From Amoebidium appalachense (taxonomy: Eukaryota; Protista; Ichthyosporea): 64,000 nt of DNA. The number at the start of each line of letters is the position of its first letter. The stretch's first letter is position 1. Below, in pieces: positions 9,923-23,355 of the stretch. Location of the stretch: contig CAVNZM010000006.1 of NCBI GenBank assembly GCA_963693365.1, positions 868,001-932,000 of the forward strand, written 5' to 3'. The notes below the pieces were generated by a model. The model made no database searches, had not been told where the DNA came from, and saw only the letters and a program-made list of their open reading frames with translations. A program made the position numbers and the translations under genes.

Positions 9923-12900
9923 ATGACGTCGCAAAGCGGCAAGTTGAAGCTGACGGTGGTGGAAGGGCGCGACCTCAAGGCTATGGATGGCGGGAGTAGG
10001 TGCCCTTTGGTGTGGGGGTGGGGGTGTGGAGGGGAAAGGCCTGGGGTTGGAAGGAAACCCTTACCACGATGTTACAAATGTGAAAGGATAGATGGGAGAT
10101 CTTGTGGCCGGGCGAATGGGGCCTGTGCCTTAATGAAGCGAACGAACTTGTTTGGTGGAGACCTGTTTGTGAGCGTCAATGCCTGAAATAGTATTGTACC
10201 GGTTGGTGTCCGTTCGTTTCTCGGATTCCTTTAATAATTTTAACTTGTTCGTTAGCTATAGGTACACAGAGCCATCTTTCGGCGCTATCCGTGCGTGTGT
10301 TTGCAAGGACATAAGACTGTAACCTGTGAAGTGCAGGGACACCCACCTACGTTGGAGGTTAGTGTGCTGGCATAGTGCACGGTCTTAGTACTTCTGGACA
10401 AAGTTTTTGTGGTTCTCACAACTGTGTGTGCCTGTACCAGAAAGCAGTGACCCGTTTGTGAAGATCTATGTGGACGGCAAGGAGGTTATCAAGACGCCAG
10501 TGGTCAAGAAGGATCTTAACCCTGTGTGGAACCATACTGTCGACATTGACATCGACCATGCCACCATGGTCACCTTCAAGGTCTACGACCATAGAATGTA
10601 CCCGCCCTCCCCCCCCCCCCCCACCTCCCCTTGCCCCCCACCCCCGCGCTCGTCGCTCACGCTCTCTCTTTTTCTCCCTCTCTCCTGCTCCTTCCCCGTC
10701 TCGCTATCCATCGTAAAATCGTTCTTCATACTGTGCAATATGATCCATTCTTCTCCCACTTTGGCCTGTTAAGCCTGAATTCCCTTGATTTTCACCCTTG
10801 TGTTTGTAGCCTCTGTTGTGTGGTTTGTTTTGCTTGTTATTCTTGCGTTTTATTGTACAACAGATATGCACGGAGGGTGACGGACAGGAGAACTTAGCCT
10901 TGCTTCTCCGTGCCGAACCCAAAGATGATTAAGCGAACTCCCCCCTCCCCCCTTCCCCACCCTTCTATCCACCTACCCACCCTGGTCATTTTTCTGGTGC
11001 CTTTATTGGTATGGATACTGTATGTGCTCACACGGTGCCCGAACAGGATTGGCGCTGCTGAAGAGATGGGTGACGGGACCATCATGACCCCCCTCAAGGA
11101 GCTAGAGAAAGTGGACATCTGGGTTGGCGCCTCCCCCCCCCCCCCCCTTCCCCCCGCCTCCTCCTCCTCCCCTTGGTGCTCTGTCACACAGTCGCTGTGT
11201 AAGTCGGAATCTCTTACTCATTCCGTGACCCCCCCCCCCCCCCCCCCCCCCCCTGGCGCTCTGCTCGCGTTGCTGTTGTTTCATACTTGAATGTTTCCTT
11301 TTGCCTGTGTCCTACACCGTGTTTCTCATCGTGTAGTTGTGCTTCGTACTGTGATCCACATTTCAACCCCCCCCCCTCCCCCAAACACCAAAAAGAAATA
11401 TATGTAAGAAGAAATTGAGGATAATAGGAAAGAACAAGCAAGTATGAAAAAGAAATATCGCACTATGACTTTAAATTATGTAACAAAATAGCCTGCACCT
11501 AGGTAACTGTGTAGATACCAATATTAGACACAGAGTCCAATAATAGTTCTGACCCATTCCTACCACTGCAGGTGCCTGTGAGCACACGTGGCCAGATCCA
11601 CTTCACCTACGAGTTCACCTCCAAGGATTTGCGTAAGAACCCCCCCCCCCCTCCCCTCCAGTTTTTCATGTTGCATGCTTTTTCTAAGTATCTGGGATTG
11701 TTTTCATATTTCCGCGTAGCTACCGGTTTTACATTGATATTTTATACCTTGTACACAATTCGTATCCCCCCCCCTTCCCCCCCCCCTCTCCGCAACCAAC
11801 CAACTTACAGCCATGCACATCACACACAACACACAAATACACACACACAAGACCGTCTCTCTTTACCCTCCCTCATGTACGTTCCTAGACACGCCCTCCG
11901 CAAGGGAAGTGGCATGCCTCTTTCTCCCCTCTATCAGTCATCCATGAACATCTATTCTATTCTTCGTTGCTTTCTTGTCAGGGCTATTCAAAAATATAGG
12001 GCTTAGGGTCACCGTGCAGGGCCCCCCCCTTCCCCCCCCCCCTTCCCCCCCGATGGGGACGTATACTCGATGTGTTCCCCCCAATCACCACCCCATATCG
12101 TGCCCTGGTTATTCACTCTTGACCGTGAGCATGTGTCTGCATCCCACACCTTACACCCTACATACACCGTGCTATGTGGTTTGTGCTCCTCCCTCTGAGC
12201 ATTCTCTAACACTAACCCCCCCCCCTTACAGTTGAGAATGCGCTTGCTGCCGAGGCGCTAGGACTCGGAGCGGCAGACGGCACTGAGGGCACGGCCATGG
12301 CGCAGCTGCGCAGCGATGCGGCAGCAAAGGCCGCAGTGGCTGTGGACTTCCCCCACGGCTATGGCTTTGCTGACAAGCCCCTCAGCTACATGACGGCTGC
12401 TGGAAGGAAGGCTACTACACAGCCGGTATGAGTGGGGAAGAGAGGGGGGGGGGGGGGGGGAGAGAGAGAGACAACTAAGGAACGAGGTGCTGGTGAAGGG
12501 CAGTCTCGGGGAGGGGGGAGACTGAGGGCAAGACAAGAGGGGGACGGTGGAGAGGGGGGGGAGGGGCCGGGGGGTGGGGGGGGTGGAGGCTGAGGGACAA
12601 GTAGGGAACGGGGCGCTTGTAAAAGGCACTTTTGTGTGTGTGTGTGTTTTGGGCGGGGGGGGGGGGGGGGGGGGGTTGCCGGTGCATAGTTAGATATTTG
12701 TGGTAACAAGCACCCATGTCCGTGTGCTCACAATCTTCCTCCTCCCCCCAGTACGTGTTCGATGCCAAGGCCATGGCCATGAAGCACGGCCTGTGGCCGG
12801 CCATCCACTATGCCCTCAGTGTGCTGGCTATCTTCATCCTCGGCAGGCTGGGCTTTGGCGCCCTGTTTGCCCTGGCCACGGCCTGGTTTCTAACCCTGGC

Positions 12901-13511
12901 CATGGACACGTACAATGTGCGTGCAGTGCGCGACGAGACCAAGGCCTACACGGATGTGTTTGACAGCAAGAACTATCCCGAGACTGAGAGCACGCTGTGG
13001 CTCAACGGCATTATGGATCAGGTGGTGTGCAACTATGCAAAGACCATTGCCGATGAGGTCATTGCTAACGTGCAGAAGTCACTGGATCAAGTCAACATCC
13101 CGGGCATGGTACGTCATCCTCCTCCTACCCCCCCCTCCACACACGCACATGCACACACACACACACTCACTCACTCACTCGCCCACACACACACGCACAC
13201 ATGCGCGCGCGAGCACACATACAGACAAACACACACACAAACACAACGCATTCTAACCATGTCACCGGCCCTGAGGATGGGCTCTGCTTCTGTTTTACTG
13301 CGCGCCGTTGCTGATGCTGCATACTTGAATGTTTGCCTTTGCATGAGTCCTGCACCTTGTCTATCATCGTGTAGTTGTACTTTGTTCTGTGTTCCGCATT
13401 CTAAACCTTCCCCCACCCTTTGCCCAGTCTGCAGTGTGGTGCAAAGCACGAGTGCGGAGATGTATGCACACACAATTTTTTCTTGTGTGTGTTTTAGGGG
13501 GGAGGGGAGGG

Positions 13512-13545
<34 letters not shown>

Positions 13546-14416
13546 TTTTTTGTTTTTGTGCTAGTTTATCATTTTTTTTGTTGGATTTGTGTTGTGAGTG
13601 CCCTCGGCAGCAGCCACAGTGGCCAGACAGCCACTGTGGCTGGACTGCTTCTATTTTTAGGGCACGAGAGTGAGGGTGGCAACACCATTGCGACGATGCG
13701 ACAGGCACCCACCCACATGTGGCTTGCCTTTACAAAGTTCGCATACATTTCCGCCTGCCTGGTGACTTATGTTTGTGGTTGTTCACATCCTAGCCATTGC
13801 TCTGGCTGTAGCTGCTGAGAAAAAAGCTGCACTGTGTTGTCCGTCGTGAGTGTGCTCTCGTACTCAGCAATACCTCCTAACCCCCCCCCCCCCCCCCTCC
13901 CCCCGCGTTTGTGTGTGAGCAGAAGCTCAACTTCAAGGCGTTTGCGCCCGGGTCCAATGCGCCGGACTTCCACGACTGGCGGGTGCACCGTGGGCAGGAC
14001 AAGGACCTGTGCATCGACTTCCGCCTGGACTGGGTGGCTGACTTCCGCATTGTCATAGAGGTCAAGCAGGCCGTGGGTACGTGCGTGGGGGGGAGGGGGT
14101 TTGTGGGGGGAGGAGGGGGGTGGGGATGGGGGAGGAGGGGAGGATGGGTTGGTGCTGAAGGGAGAAGGGCCCCCGCGGGGGGGAGGAGGGGGGGGGGGGA
14201 GGGGGGGCAGACTGGTGCATGTGTTTCAGCAGAGGCTTTTACTAATTTATAGTGAGGTGCTGTTGTAGGTGGTAGGGCGACAAGCTGGCAGTTGGTAACA
14301 GAGTAATATTCGTGAATTGCTAGTAGTCCGTGGACAAATGGGTGGCATTGGTGCACACGACCCATTGTGTGTGCTCCCGTTATTGGCATTCTTTCTTACA
14401 GTTCCTTTCCCTCCTT

Positions 14417-14460
<44 letters not shown>

Positions 14461-15233
14461 AAAAACACACACACACGCACGCACGCACTCACGCACTCAC
14501 ACACACACACACAGGGGGCATGACCCTTGTAGCGCAGAACCTCAACGTGCAGTGCAAGGTGCGCATCTTCACCCGGCTGCTCAAGGACCGTGAGCCCTTC
14601 CTCTCCTACCTGTGGGTCCAGATGCCCGAGCGCCCCAAGATCGACGGTAAAGACCCCCCCCCTTTGCTGTCAAACAGGTCATTATTGTAAGGCAGCATGC
14701 TAATCGGTATTCGAGGCCTTGTTTTTTGTACACTTTCTATCGTGCACGGCAATCTACCACCACCACCAACATCACCACCGTTAAGAAGAAAAGAAGAAAC
14801 TTTCAGAAAAGCCTTGAAAAGACCTGAGTAAGTGTTATTCATCAACATAAAACCCGAGTTCGAAGCAATCGAGTTGGCTTATGCCCCCACCTTACGTGCT
14901 GTGTCTTATGGCCGGAGCCCATGAGATGCACACACACACACACACTGTTTGCCTTCCAAATACCTGCCCTGTGAGCTCAACGCCCCTTCTACACGCACAC
15001 GTGGCTAACACAGACGTTTGTACGTGCAGTTGAGATCCAGGGGCTTGGTGCCGAGCTGCCGGGGGTGATCCCGCTGCTCAAGTCCAAGATCACAGACACG
15101 GTCGAGAGCATGATGGTCTTCCCCAACCGCCTCGAGATCGACATTGCCGGCCCAAAGGGTGTGCAGGTAACAATCCCACCCTGGTGTTTCGTCCTGTGTA
15201 CCTCATTCTGCCTACCTATCTAACCCCCCCCCC

Positions 15234-15296
<63 letters not shown>

Positions 15297-15884
15297 ACAC
15301 CACCACCACCACCACCACCATGCACCAAAAAAAAAAAAAAAAAAAAAAAAAACTTTAGTGTGATGTTGGTCTTGAATGTGTACCTCATATGCATGCAACA
15401 CGCTCGTGTTCACCTGCTGGTACGAGACAGTTAACACTCCCATGCAGTGGCCTGCTATGTGTGGGTGTGCTACCACTCTGTTGTGTTCACACGTTTGATA
15501 CTGTTCTCTGCTCGGTGGTGTTAGCATGCATTTTCCCTATGTGCCGGGCTGCACCAACTCACTGTGTGCACCAACCAACTCACTGTGTGCACCAACCAAC
15601 ACCAGGTGGACGAGGAAGACAAGCTCAAAGCCGCCCCTGCAGTCGACCCCGAGACTGGTCTTGTGGGCAACCTTGTAGGGGGGGTGGGTGCCGTGGGGGG
15701 TGCAGCCATTGGGGCTGTTGGTGCGGTGGGTGGGGCAGCAGTGGGTGCGGTGGGGGCTGTGGGCAAGGGGGCCGTGGGGGCCGTGGGTGCGGTGGGGTCG
15801 GGGGTGGCTAGTCTGGGTAAGGGGGCAGTGGGTAGCTTGGGTAAGGGGTTCAAGAGTCTTACCGGGTCACCCAAGGGTAAGTAA
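9923..15884 (+). CDS. C2-domain / transmembrane / SMP-domain protein (extended-synaptotagmin or tricalbin-like), 10 exons, about 539 aa
   Basis: Exons 9923-9995, 10441-10597, 11047-11122, 11572-11632, 12232-12425, 12752-13108, 13923-14076, 14515-14646, 15030-15166, 15606-15884; all GT-AG with matching phase. C2: LKLTVVEGRDLKAMD..SSDPFVKI..KTPVVKKDLNPVWN..FKVYD. Hydrophobic hairpin: ALSVLAIFILGRLGFGALFALATAWFL. SMP: ETESTLWLNGIM...PKID...ITDTVESMMVFPNRLEI. Confidence 0.85.
11254..11370 (+). repeat. Intronic dispersed element, subfamily A, 5'-truncated
   Basis: Shares ATACTTGAATGTTT..TTTTGCCTGTGTCCT...TCTCATCGTGTAGTTGTGCT...TTCAACCCC with the 13271 and 56986 copies. Poly-C on both sides. Confidence 0.8.
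13271..13410 (+). repeat. Intronic dispersed element, subfamily A
   Basis: CTGAGGATGGGCTCTGCTT...ATACTTGAATGTTTG...TCATCGTGTAGTTGT...CATTCTAAACC. Confidence 0.8.
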
Positions 15885-18431
15885 GCACTATATTATATTA
15901 GTAGCATGGAGCCGGCTGTATTGTTAAGGTTGGTATCGAAAATGTTTGGAGTATGTGAGGCTTTATAGTCGGAACTGTTTGCTTAACAGAAATAAATGAA
16001 TATGGAGGCTCTTTATTGCGTTGCCCGTGGTGATGCATCTTTACCAATCTCCCTTTGAAGTCCCGAGGTTGTAGACGACCCCCCTCCCCCCCCTCCCCCC
16101 CCCCCCCTCCCTTTTCCCCGTTTAGCACACACGGCCTGTGTTACACAATTGTATGCAGCTGCATCGGCGACCCCAACCCACACAGTACGAAGTTAGCTTT
16201 GCATGTAGATGTATGCTGAGCACAGGCACATGCTGATCGAACGCTACTGCACTCTAGTGTGTGTGTGTGCGTACGTGTGTACCCGTTGACTATGTGTGTG
16301 TGCATGTGTGGTTTGTGCGCATTGTGGTGCGTGTGTGTGCATATGGGTGGGTGGGTGGGAGTCTGTGCGCGCGTGTGTGTGGCGTGTGTATGTATGTTCG
16401 CGTGTGGTGTGGGTGTGTGGGTGTGGTGTGTGGGTGGGTGGTTGCGTGGGTGGCTAGGAGGGTGGGTGGGTGTTGGTATACGCAGTCTGTACGTGCGTGT
16501 ACACCAAAGTTTTGCGTCGGACTTTGTCTAATTAGTGTTGGCATGCTATGCATATGTGTTTTTGTAGTTGGTACATTGTGACAGATATTGTGTGTGTGTG
16601 CACATGTGTGTGTGTGTGTGTGCACATGTGTGTGTGTGTGTGTGTACATGTGTGTGTGTGTGTGCGTGTGTGTGCGTGCGTGCGTGCGTGCGTGCGTGTG
16701 ACACTGTGCTCTGTGAAATGTGTACATATGTACGCGTGTTTGTGTGTGTAATTGAGCAAGTGTGCGTGCCCCATCTCTATGTGTGGTGTAGCAAGGACAT
16801 CGAGTGTCACCCCAATCACACATATGCAGTAATGCCTGGCAGCAGTTCAAGTCGAGACCTCCGTGCGGTGAAAGACAGGTGATTGTGCTGCCACACACAC
16901 AGTGACTTGCCACAAGACTGGGGCTGACTGATGTTTACTGGCCATGCACGGGAGGAAATAAACAAGAAAACTCGTCGGCGGATCCGGATTGTTTGGGGGG
17001 TATGTAGGGAGCAAGCAAGCAACTATTGAACCGAGCTTCACAAGAGATTGCTTTTATTAGAAATACGGTAATAGAAGTGTTTACTTCCCTAAGCCGGAAG
17101 GTGCATGGCGGTGCAGAATGCTCTCAACCAATGGCCCGTATCCGATAAGAAACATAGCAGCTGAAGGAGAACTAATCACCCCCTCCCCTTTCCCCCCGCC
17201 CCCTCCCCCCTCTCCCCCCGGCGACCCCCCCCCCAAAAAAAAAAGAAAAAAAAAAAAAAAAGGGCAAAAAAAAAAAATAAACCATTACCACAAAAAGGGG
17301 GCATAAAAAAGAAAAGGAAACAAAAGCCCTATTTCATCCCCGCTCGCCCCCTCCCCCCTCCCCCCCCCCCCCCCCCCCCCCCAACACCTCCGACCTTCCC
17401 TCCCTTCCTTCCCCGTTTATAATATAAACATCAGCGACTTCTGTTAGGCTGGATCTTATAGGTGAGGTGTTAAATGACCAAAATGTGTGCAGAGGTGTGA
17501 TTCAGAACTTAAAGGATATTACTGCTGGTAGAAGGGGAAGGAAGGAGAGCTTGCACTTCCCAGCCTATAATGGGCTGTCTTTTTGGATGTCTGGTGATTA
17601 CGACAAGAGGGGGGACCAAGGAGAACTTCAGAGAAAACGACATTTACGTATACACTATGGTTTTTTTACACAAAAATCGATAACCCGAGCAAAAATGAGT
17701 TGCCTAATTGAACTTTTTTTTCCCCTGCCGTACTGTACTGCAAGTTGCATCCGATATGACATTGTGTTGCGAGAATAAGACTAAGCCTAAGATTTGCACA
17801 CCAATCGTTCCCTCATTAGCCCAAACCAGCCCTTCCCCCCCCCCCCCCCCCCCCCCCCCAACCTCCTTTCCTTTCAACCACACGCATACAAACGTAGAGG
17901 GCATGCTAACTAAAAAAGCAGAAGGCCCCCGTTGGGGTTGAGGGGGGGGGGGGGGGGGGGGAGGAGAGGGGGAGGGGGAAGGGGGGGGGGGGGAGGGGGA
18001 GGGGGGAGGGAGAAGGGGGAGGGGGGGGGGGGGGGGACCAAAATTCTGAGATTGCCGTGTGCCAATTCACAAAAAATCTGCGACTGTATAACTTATATGA
18101 TAGAAGGCTGAGCGATAACCACCGTAAACCACGGTTCACTGAAGGGCATATCTGACTGTTGTGGTTTCAGACACCAACCCCAATCCCCACGAGCTGCCAC
18201 TACCATTAGGGGCCCCAAACAATCATTTTCTCCTACTGCCGTCTGGCCAGCCCACTTGAATAGCCGCCCTGCCAGATGTTACAGTGTATACTAATAGGGT
18301 AAGGCTACCTTACACACATGGACAACACATGATTGATCTCTCCGGCATTGAACAAACTTAAGACCCGGCTTATTGATCAGACATTGAACTATGTCGAAGA
18401 GTCATGCAATGCGCTAATAGTATGCATACAC

Positions 18432-18464
<33 letters not shown>

Positions 18465-19330
18465 CCTGCCAGCCCGCCCCTCCTCCTCCCCCCTCCCCCC
18501 CTCCCCCCTCCCCCAAAAAAGATACTAGAAAATGAGAAGAATGGCAGTAAATCTGGCTAAGTTATACATCCCCCCCCCCCCCCCCCCTCCCCGTCCCCCC
18601 CCCCCCCCCCCCCCTTCCCCCTCCTCCCCCCCCCTCCCCCCCTCCCCCCCACCACGACCATCACCACCATCACAACCAACCACCACCACCTCTAACAAAA
18701 AAGGAACTCTACCATAACTATCAAATACAGGCACCTCCTTGTTAAGAACGATGCTACCAAGAAAGAAGACAAGAAGATGCACCACTACGTTGTAGTTACA
18801 AATGATGCCCGGCACAAGATTTTTAAGACAACACTCTTCACTAAATCAAACAAGTACTATTAGACTACTGCACTTTGCCTTGCACGGTGCGCTCATCTTT
18901 AACGGACCACTAATAGCCATGCAAAAACAAACACCGCACACAGTCTGAGAGTGCGATCAGATCCACAAGACCCATATAAATGGATGGAAGGCATGCACCA
19001 CCACCGTATCCTATTCCTAACCTCAAAGGCGTATAAAATCAGCAATTTGGCCCAAACCTCCTGCTCCTGTTTGTCCGCTAATGCCATTTTTAGAATTCAC
19101 GACCCCTCCCCCCCCCCTGTTATCACTACCCACAATGCCTGCGCTTATTCAACACCAACAAGAGGCAAATCACAGCAACCGGTGTACAGAAGCACATGGT
19201 AGACTAAGCAACTGCGGGGTTTTTTTTGGTATACTAAGACATTCGTACCTGGAGAAAAAGCAAACAAGTCAAGGACCCCCATCCCCCCTCCCCCCCCCCT
19301 CTCTCTCCCCCTCCCCCCCCCCCCTCCCCC

Positions 19331-19361
<31 letters not shown>

Positions 19362-20240
19362 ATAACAATAACCACGACAACAACAACAACTACAAAAAAA
19401 AAAAAAGAAAAAAAAAAAAACTGTTGCCCACGAACTTCGAAAAAAAAGTCAAGCACCATGAACACAAACAATGCCACCCCCCTTCCCGCCCCTCCCCCCT
19501 TCCCCCCCCTCCCGCCGTGCCCTCCCACAACCACCACGACAAGCACAAACAAGTAATTGCAGTAACCACCAAACAAAAAGAAAATGGAAGGTTCCTGTTT
19601 GGTCAACTTCAAGCGACTACCCGACATGTTCACTTCATACAATCAGCCACCCTGCAACACAACCAAAAACACTCAAGCCAGTCGGTCAAGCACAACACTC
19701 TGGTTGCCAGATATTACAAGATCGATTGTATGCCAAGCAGAGCGAAATAGGGTACACATGCACATGGGCATCACACCCTCACATCTGGGACACACGACAA
19801 GTGCCCACAGCTTTGGGCAGAGGTTTTTGTTAGGGGCAGTGGGAGGGGGAGGGGGAGAGAGAGAAGGGGATTGGAAGGTGAGGTGCGGGGCGGTCAGAGG
19901 GGGAGGGGAAGGGGGGGGGGGGGGGGGGGGGGGGGGGAGTAATTGGGCGAGGGAGAGAGGGGGGCGGTGGGGGCGGAGGAACAAGCTGAGCGGTGATGGG
20001 GGAGATAATAAGGGGCTTAGAGGGGATAGGATTGATGTGTTGTGGTGGGGACAGGGGATTGTGAGGGGGGGAAGACCACGCATGCTGGTAGGGTGAAGAT
20101 TCATTTGATGCCCACTTGCACGTTCTCGGGAGGGTTTGGACGGGTTGGAGGCAAAGAAGGGAGAGGTTGGGGGTTTGAGGGATCAAGGGTGCCCAGGGGA
20201 GAGGGTGGTGGTGGGAGGGGGGAGGGGGAAGGGGGGGGGG

Positions 20241-20405
20241 AATAAGATGGTGTGCAGATGCATAGCCATGCAGCCGAACACCAGGGGCCTAGGGGGGGGG
20301 AGGGGGAAGAAGGGGGGGGGGGGGGGGGGGGGGGGGAGGGGGGGGGGGGGGGGGAATAAGATGGTGTGCAGATGCATAGCCATGCAGCCGAACACCAGGG
20401 GCCTA
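20241..20405 (+). repeat. 51-bp direct duplication separated by a G-tract
   Basis: AATAAGATGGTGTGCAGATGCATAGCCATGCAGCCGAACACCAGGGGCCTA at 20241-20291 and 20355-20405. Confidence 0.9.
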
Positions 20406-21072
20406 CCCGGGATTGGTCTCTGTCCTTGTCCCTGGGCTTGCGGTCACCTGCCCCGACCGACAGTCAGAGAGTTGTGTGTGAAAATGTTTATAAAAAAAAT
20501 AAAATGAAAAGAAAGCATTCACATAAAATAGTGGGAGAAGAGGAGGAGAGGGGTCGGGTGGGAGTGGGGTGGGTGGGTGAGGGGCAGGGGGGAGGGGGGG
20601 GGGGGGGGGGGGTTCTCAAAACGCTGCAGAAAGAAAATAGAAAGAAAACAAACGCAGATTCAAGATTCAAAAATATTGTGCCAACAACCGGTAACTCCAT
20701 GAGAAGAAGAGAAGAAGTTGTGAAAAAGGCTCTGCAGAGTCAATTAGAAACCTACTGTTGAGAAGAGAGGGCAAGGAGGGCAAGGGTAAGAGGGATGGGA
20801 TGGGGGTCAGGACACCACTAAACCTCCCCTATTAGTGTGTGTGTGTGTGTGTGGTGTCGTTCATGCAGAGAGGGGACAACGGGCCCTCAGGGGGTGGAGT
20901 GTGGGGGAGGGAGGGAGGGAGGGGGGGGGGGAGGGGGGAAGGGGAGAGGGGGGGAGGGGGGGGAGCGCAATCCAGCACACCATGTATACAAAGCACATAT
21001 ACACAAACCATGGGAATATAATCACTCAGCCAGAGCAAAATAAGCAAAAGCCAGACCCCCCCCCCCCCCCCT

Positions 21073-21103
<31 letters not shown>

Positions 21104-21195
21104 GGGGGGAGAAGAGAAGGGGACGGATCGGGTGGGGGTGGGGTGGGACGGGCTGCGGGGGTAAGGTGTGTGTGTGGATGGGAGGGGGGGGGGGG

Positions 21196-21324
21196 GTTTG
21201 AATGCGTTAAAAAGTACGAAGTACACAAGAACAAACGGATAACACGATGCAGAATGCAAGCCATACATAAAGAGTATGCATAATAAGCAGAGCCCATCCT
21301 CAGGGGGGCCCACGTCATCCACAG
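21196..21324 (-). repeat. Dispersed element, subfamily B
   Basis: Near-identical to 57278-57408: one substitution plus homopolymer length differences. Confidence 0.9.
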
Positions 21325-21507
21325 GGGGGGGGGGGGGGGGGGGGGAGGGGAGGGGGGCGGAGAAGAGGGAGGGAGAGGGGAGGGGGGGGGAGGGGGGGGC
21401 TCAAAACGCTGCCGAAAGTAATTAGAAGGGAAAGAAGGGTCAATGTGAAGGTATCCCTTTTTCTCCTTAGAGAGTATGATACGACGGTCATCAAATGAGT
21501 TCGCGCC

Positions 21508-22030
21508 AAGAACAAGAAACAAAAACGAAGGGATATTTGTCGAGCAACAAGAAACAAAACGAAGGGATATTTGTAAGCAAAAACGAACAAAATGAACGGA
21601 TATTTGTTAAGCAACAAGGAACAAAACGCAGCAATGACTATCAAGCAACAATAAACAAAATAAAGGGATATATGTCAAGCAACAAGAAACAAAACGAAGA
21701 AATATTTGTCAAGCAACAAGAAACAAAACGAAAAGATATTTGTCAAGCAACAAGAAACAAAACGAAGGGATATTTGTCAAGCAACAAGGAACAAACTTTG
21801 CAGGGATGATGGTCAAGCAACAATAAACAAAATAAATGGATATATGGCAAGCAACAAGAAACAAAACGAAGATATATTTGTCAAGCAACAAGAAACAAAA
21901 CGAAGGGATATTTGTCAAGCAACAAGGAACAAAGTGAAAGGATATTTGCCAAGCAACAAGGAACAAAACGCAGGGATGATTGTCAAGCAACAATAAACAA
22001 AATAAAGGGATATTTGTCAAGCAAAAAACG
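21508..22030 (+). repeat. ~34-bp minisatellite, about 15 units, decaying toward about 22530
   Basis: Consensus TTTGTCAAGCAACAAGAAACAAAACGAAGGGATA. Degenerate (G)TCAAGCA cores persist to about 22520. Confidence 0.9.
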
Positions 22031-22631
22031 AAATCACACAAAGACATTTTCCTCGAGCAAAGGGTACACAGGGATGTAGTCAGGAAAAGCAGTATGAAGG
22101 GAATCCCAATAAATAAACAAAAGCTTAAATCGAACATCTTCAAGCAGAACACATTTCAAAAGGATTTGTGTCAAGCAAGAACAGTATGCAGGTATTTCAT
22201 TCGAGCAGCGCAAAAGAACAGAAGTTTTCCTTTCGAACACAAAATGGAGGGGTTTTATGAAATCAAAACGGTATGCGAAGATTTTAAAGGTGTTACTGTA
22301 ATAATCTCGGTAAGTATAAAAAAAAAAGATTCGTCACGTGAAACAACGCAAGGGATTTTCGCCATGCAAAAGATTGTGAACGGATATGCGTTATGTAAGA
22401 AATATAATGTAGCAATCGTTTGGCAGTGAAGTATGAATGTATTATGGGAATGTCGACAAGCAGGACAGTATGAGTGGGTTTTAGTCCAGCAAAAACAGTA
22501 CAAGAGGACATTCGTCAAGCAAAGCAGTAAGACGACGGCCCAAATCATGACTGCAGTGGTTGCCATATGGGTCCCAGTGGGTCAACTTCCGTTCAAATGT
22601 TGGTTTTGTTTCGCACCCACCCACACGCAAG

Positions 22632-22693
<62 letters not shown>

Positions 22694-22731
22694 CTCCTCC
22701 CCCCCTCCCCCCCCCCCCCCCCCCCCCTCTC

Positions 22732-22765
<34 letters not shown>

Positions 22766-22812
22766 CTCCCCCCCACACCCCACCCTTCTTACCCGTTTTT
22801 TTCTTTTTGAGA

Positions 22813-22847
<35 letters not shown>

Positions 22848-22910
22848 GGGACAGTTATTTATCAGGCAAACGTAGGGCAAACTCAAAGGGCAAAGGGGAG
22901 GCCAAACACG

Positions 22911-23311
22911 TCATCCCACCTCAAATGTCATGGCTGCAGCGTGGCCGTCCGGGCACCAAAGAACAAAATTGGCACCCCAAATGATGGGGTCAGTGGTTCT
23001 CGGGGCCTGGAGTTCGAGCATGCCGCAGGGCTGGTTGGAGAGCACGTGCTGCCGTCAGGGCCGTTCTCGGCCACGGCAGTCCACAGCACCCGCTCTGCAT
23101 TGTCGAACATATCCGGCCGGCACCCACACCACAACCTTCTGCAGAGAACATGGATATGGGTGTGGTCGCAAAAGAGGGACGGGGGAGAGGGGGGGGGGGG
23201 GGGGGGGGGGGGAGGTGTTAGCATGTGTTATAACGTACAAAGTACGGAAATTAACAACACATGCAGAGAGCTTTGCACCGAGGGGGGAAGGGGGGGGCCA
23301 GGGAGTGTGGG

Positions 23312-23355
<44 letters not shown>

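Noticed and set aside
17000-20800. Additional exons among the G/C tracts (for example about 20405-20446 minus, DRKPRDKDRDQSR)
   Set aside because: Isolated candidates only; no coherent reading frame or homology.
21508-22530. CRISPR-like array
   Set aside because: Units are contiguous ~34-bp tandem repeats without unique spacers, there are no cas genes, and the context is eukaryotic.
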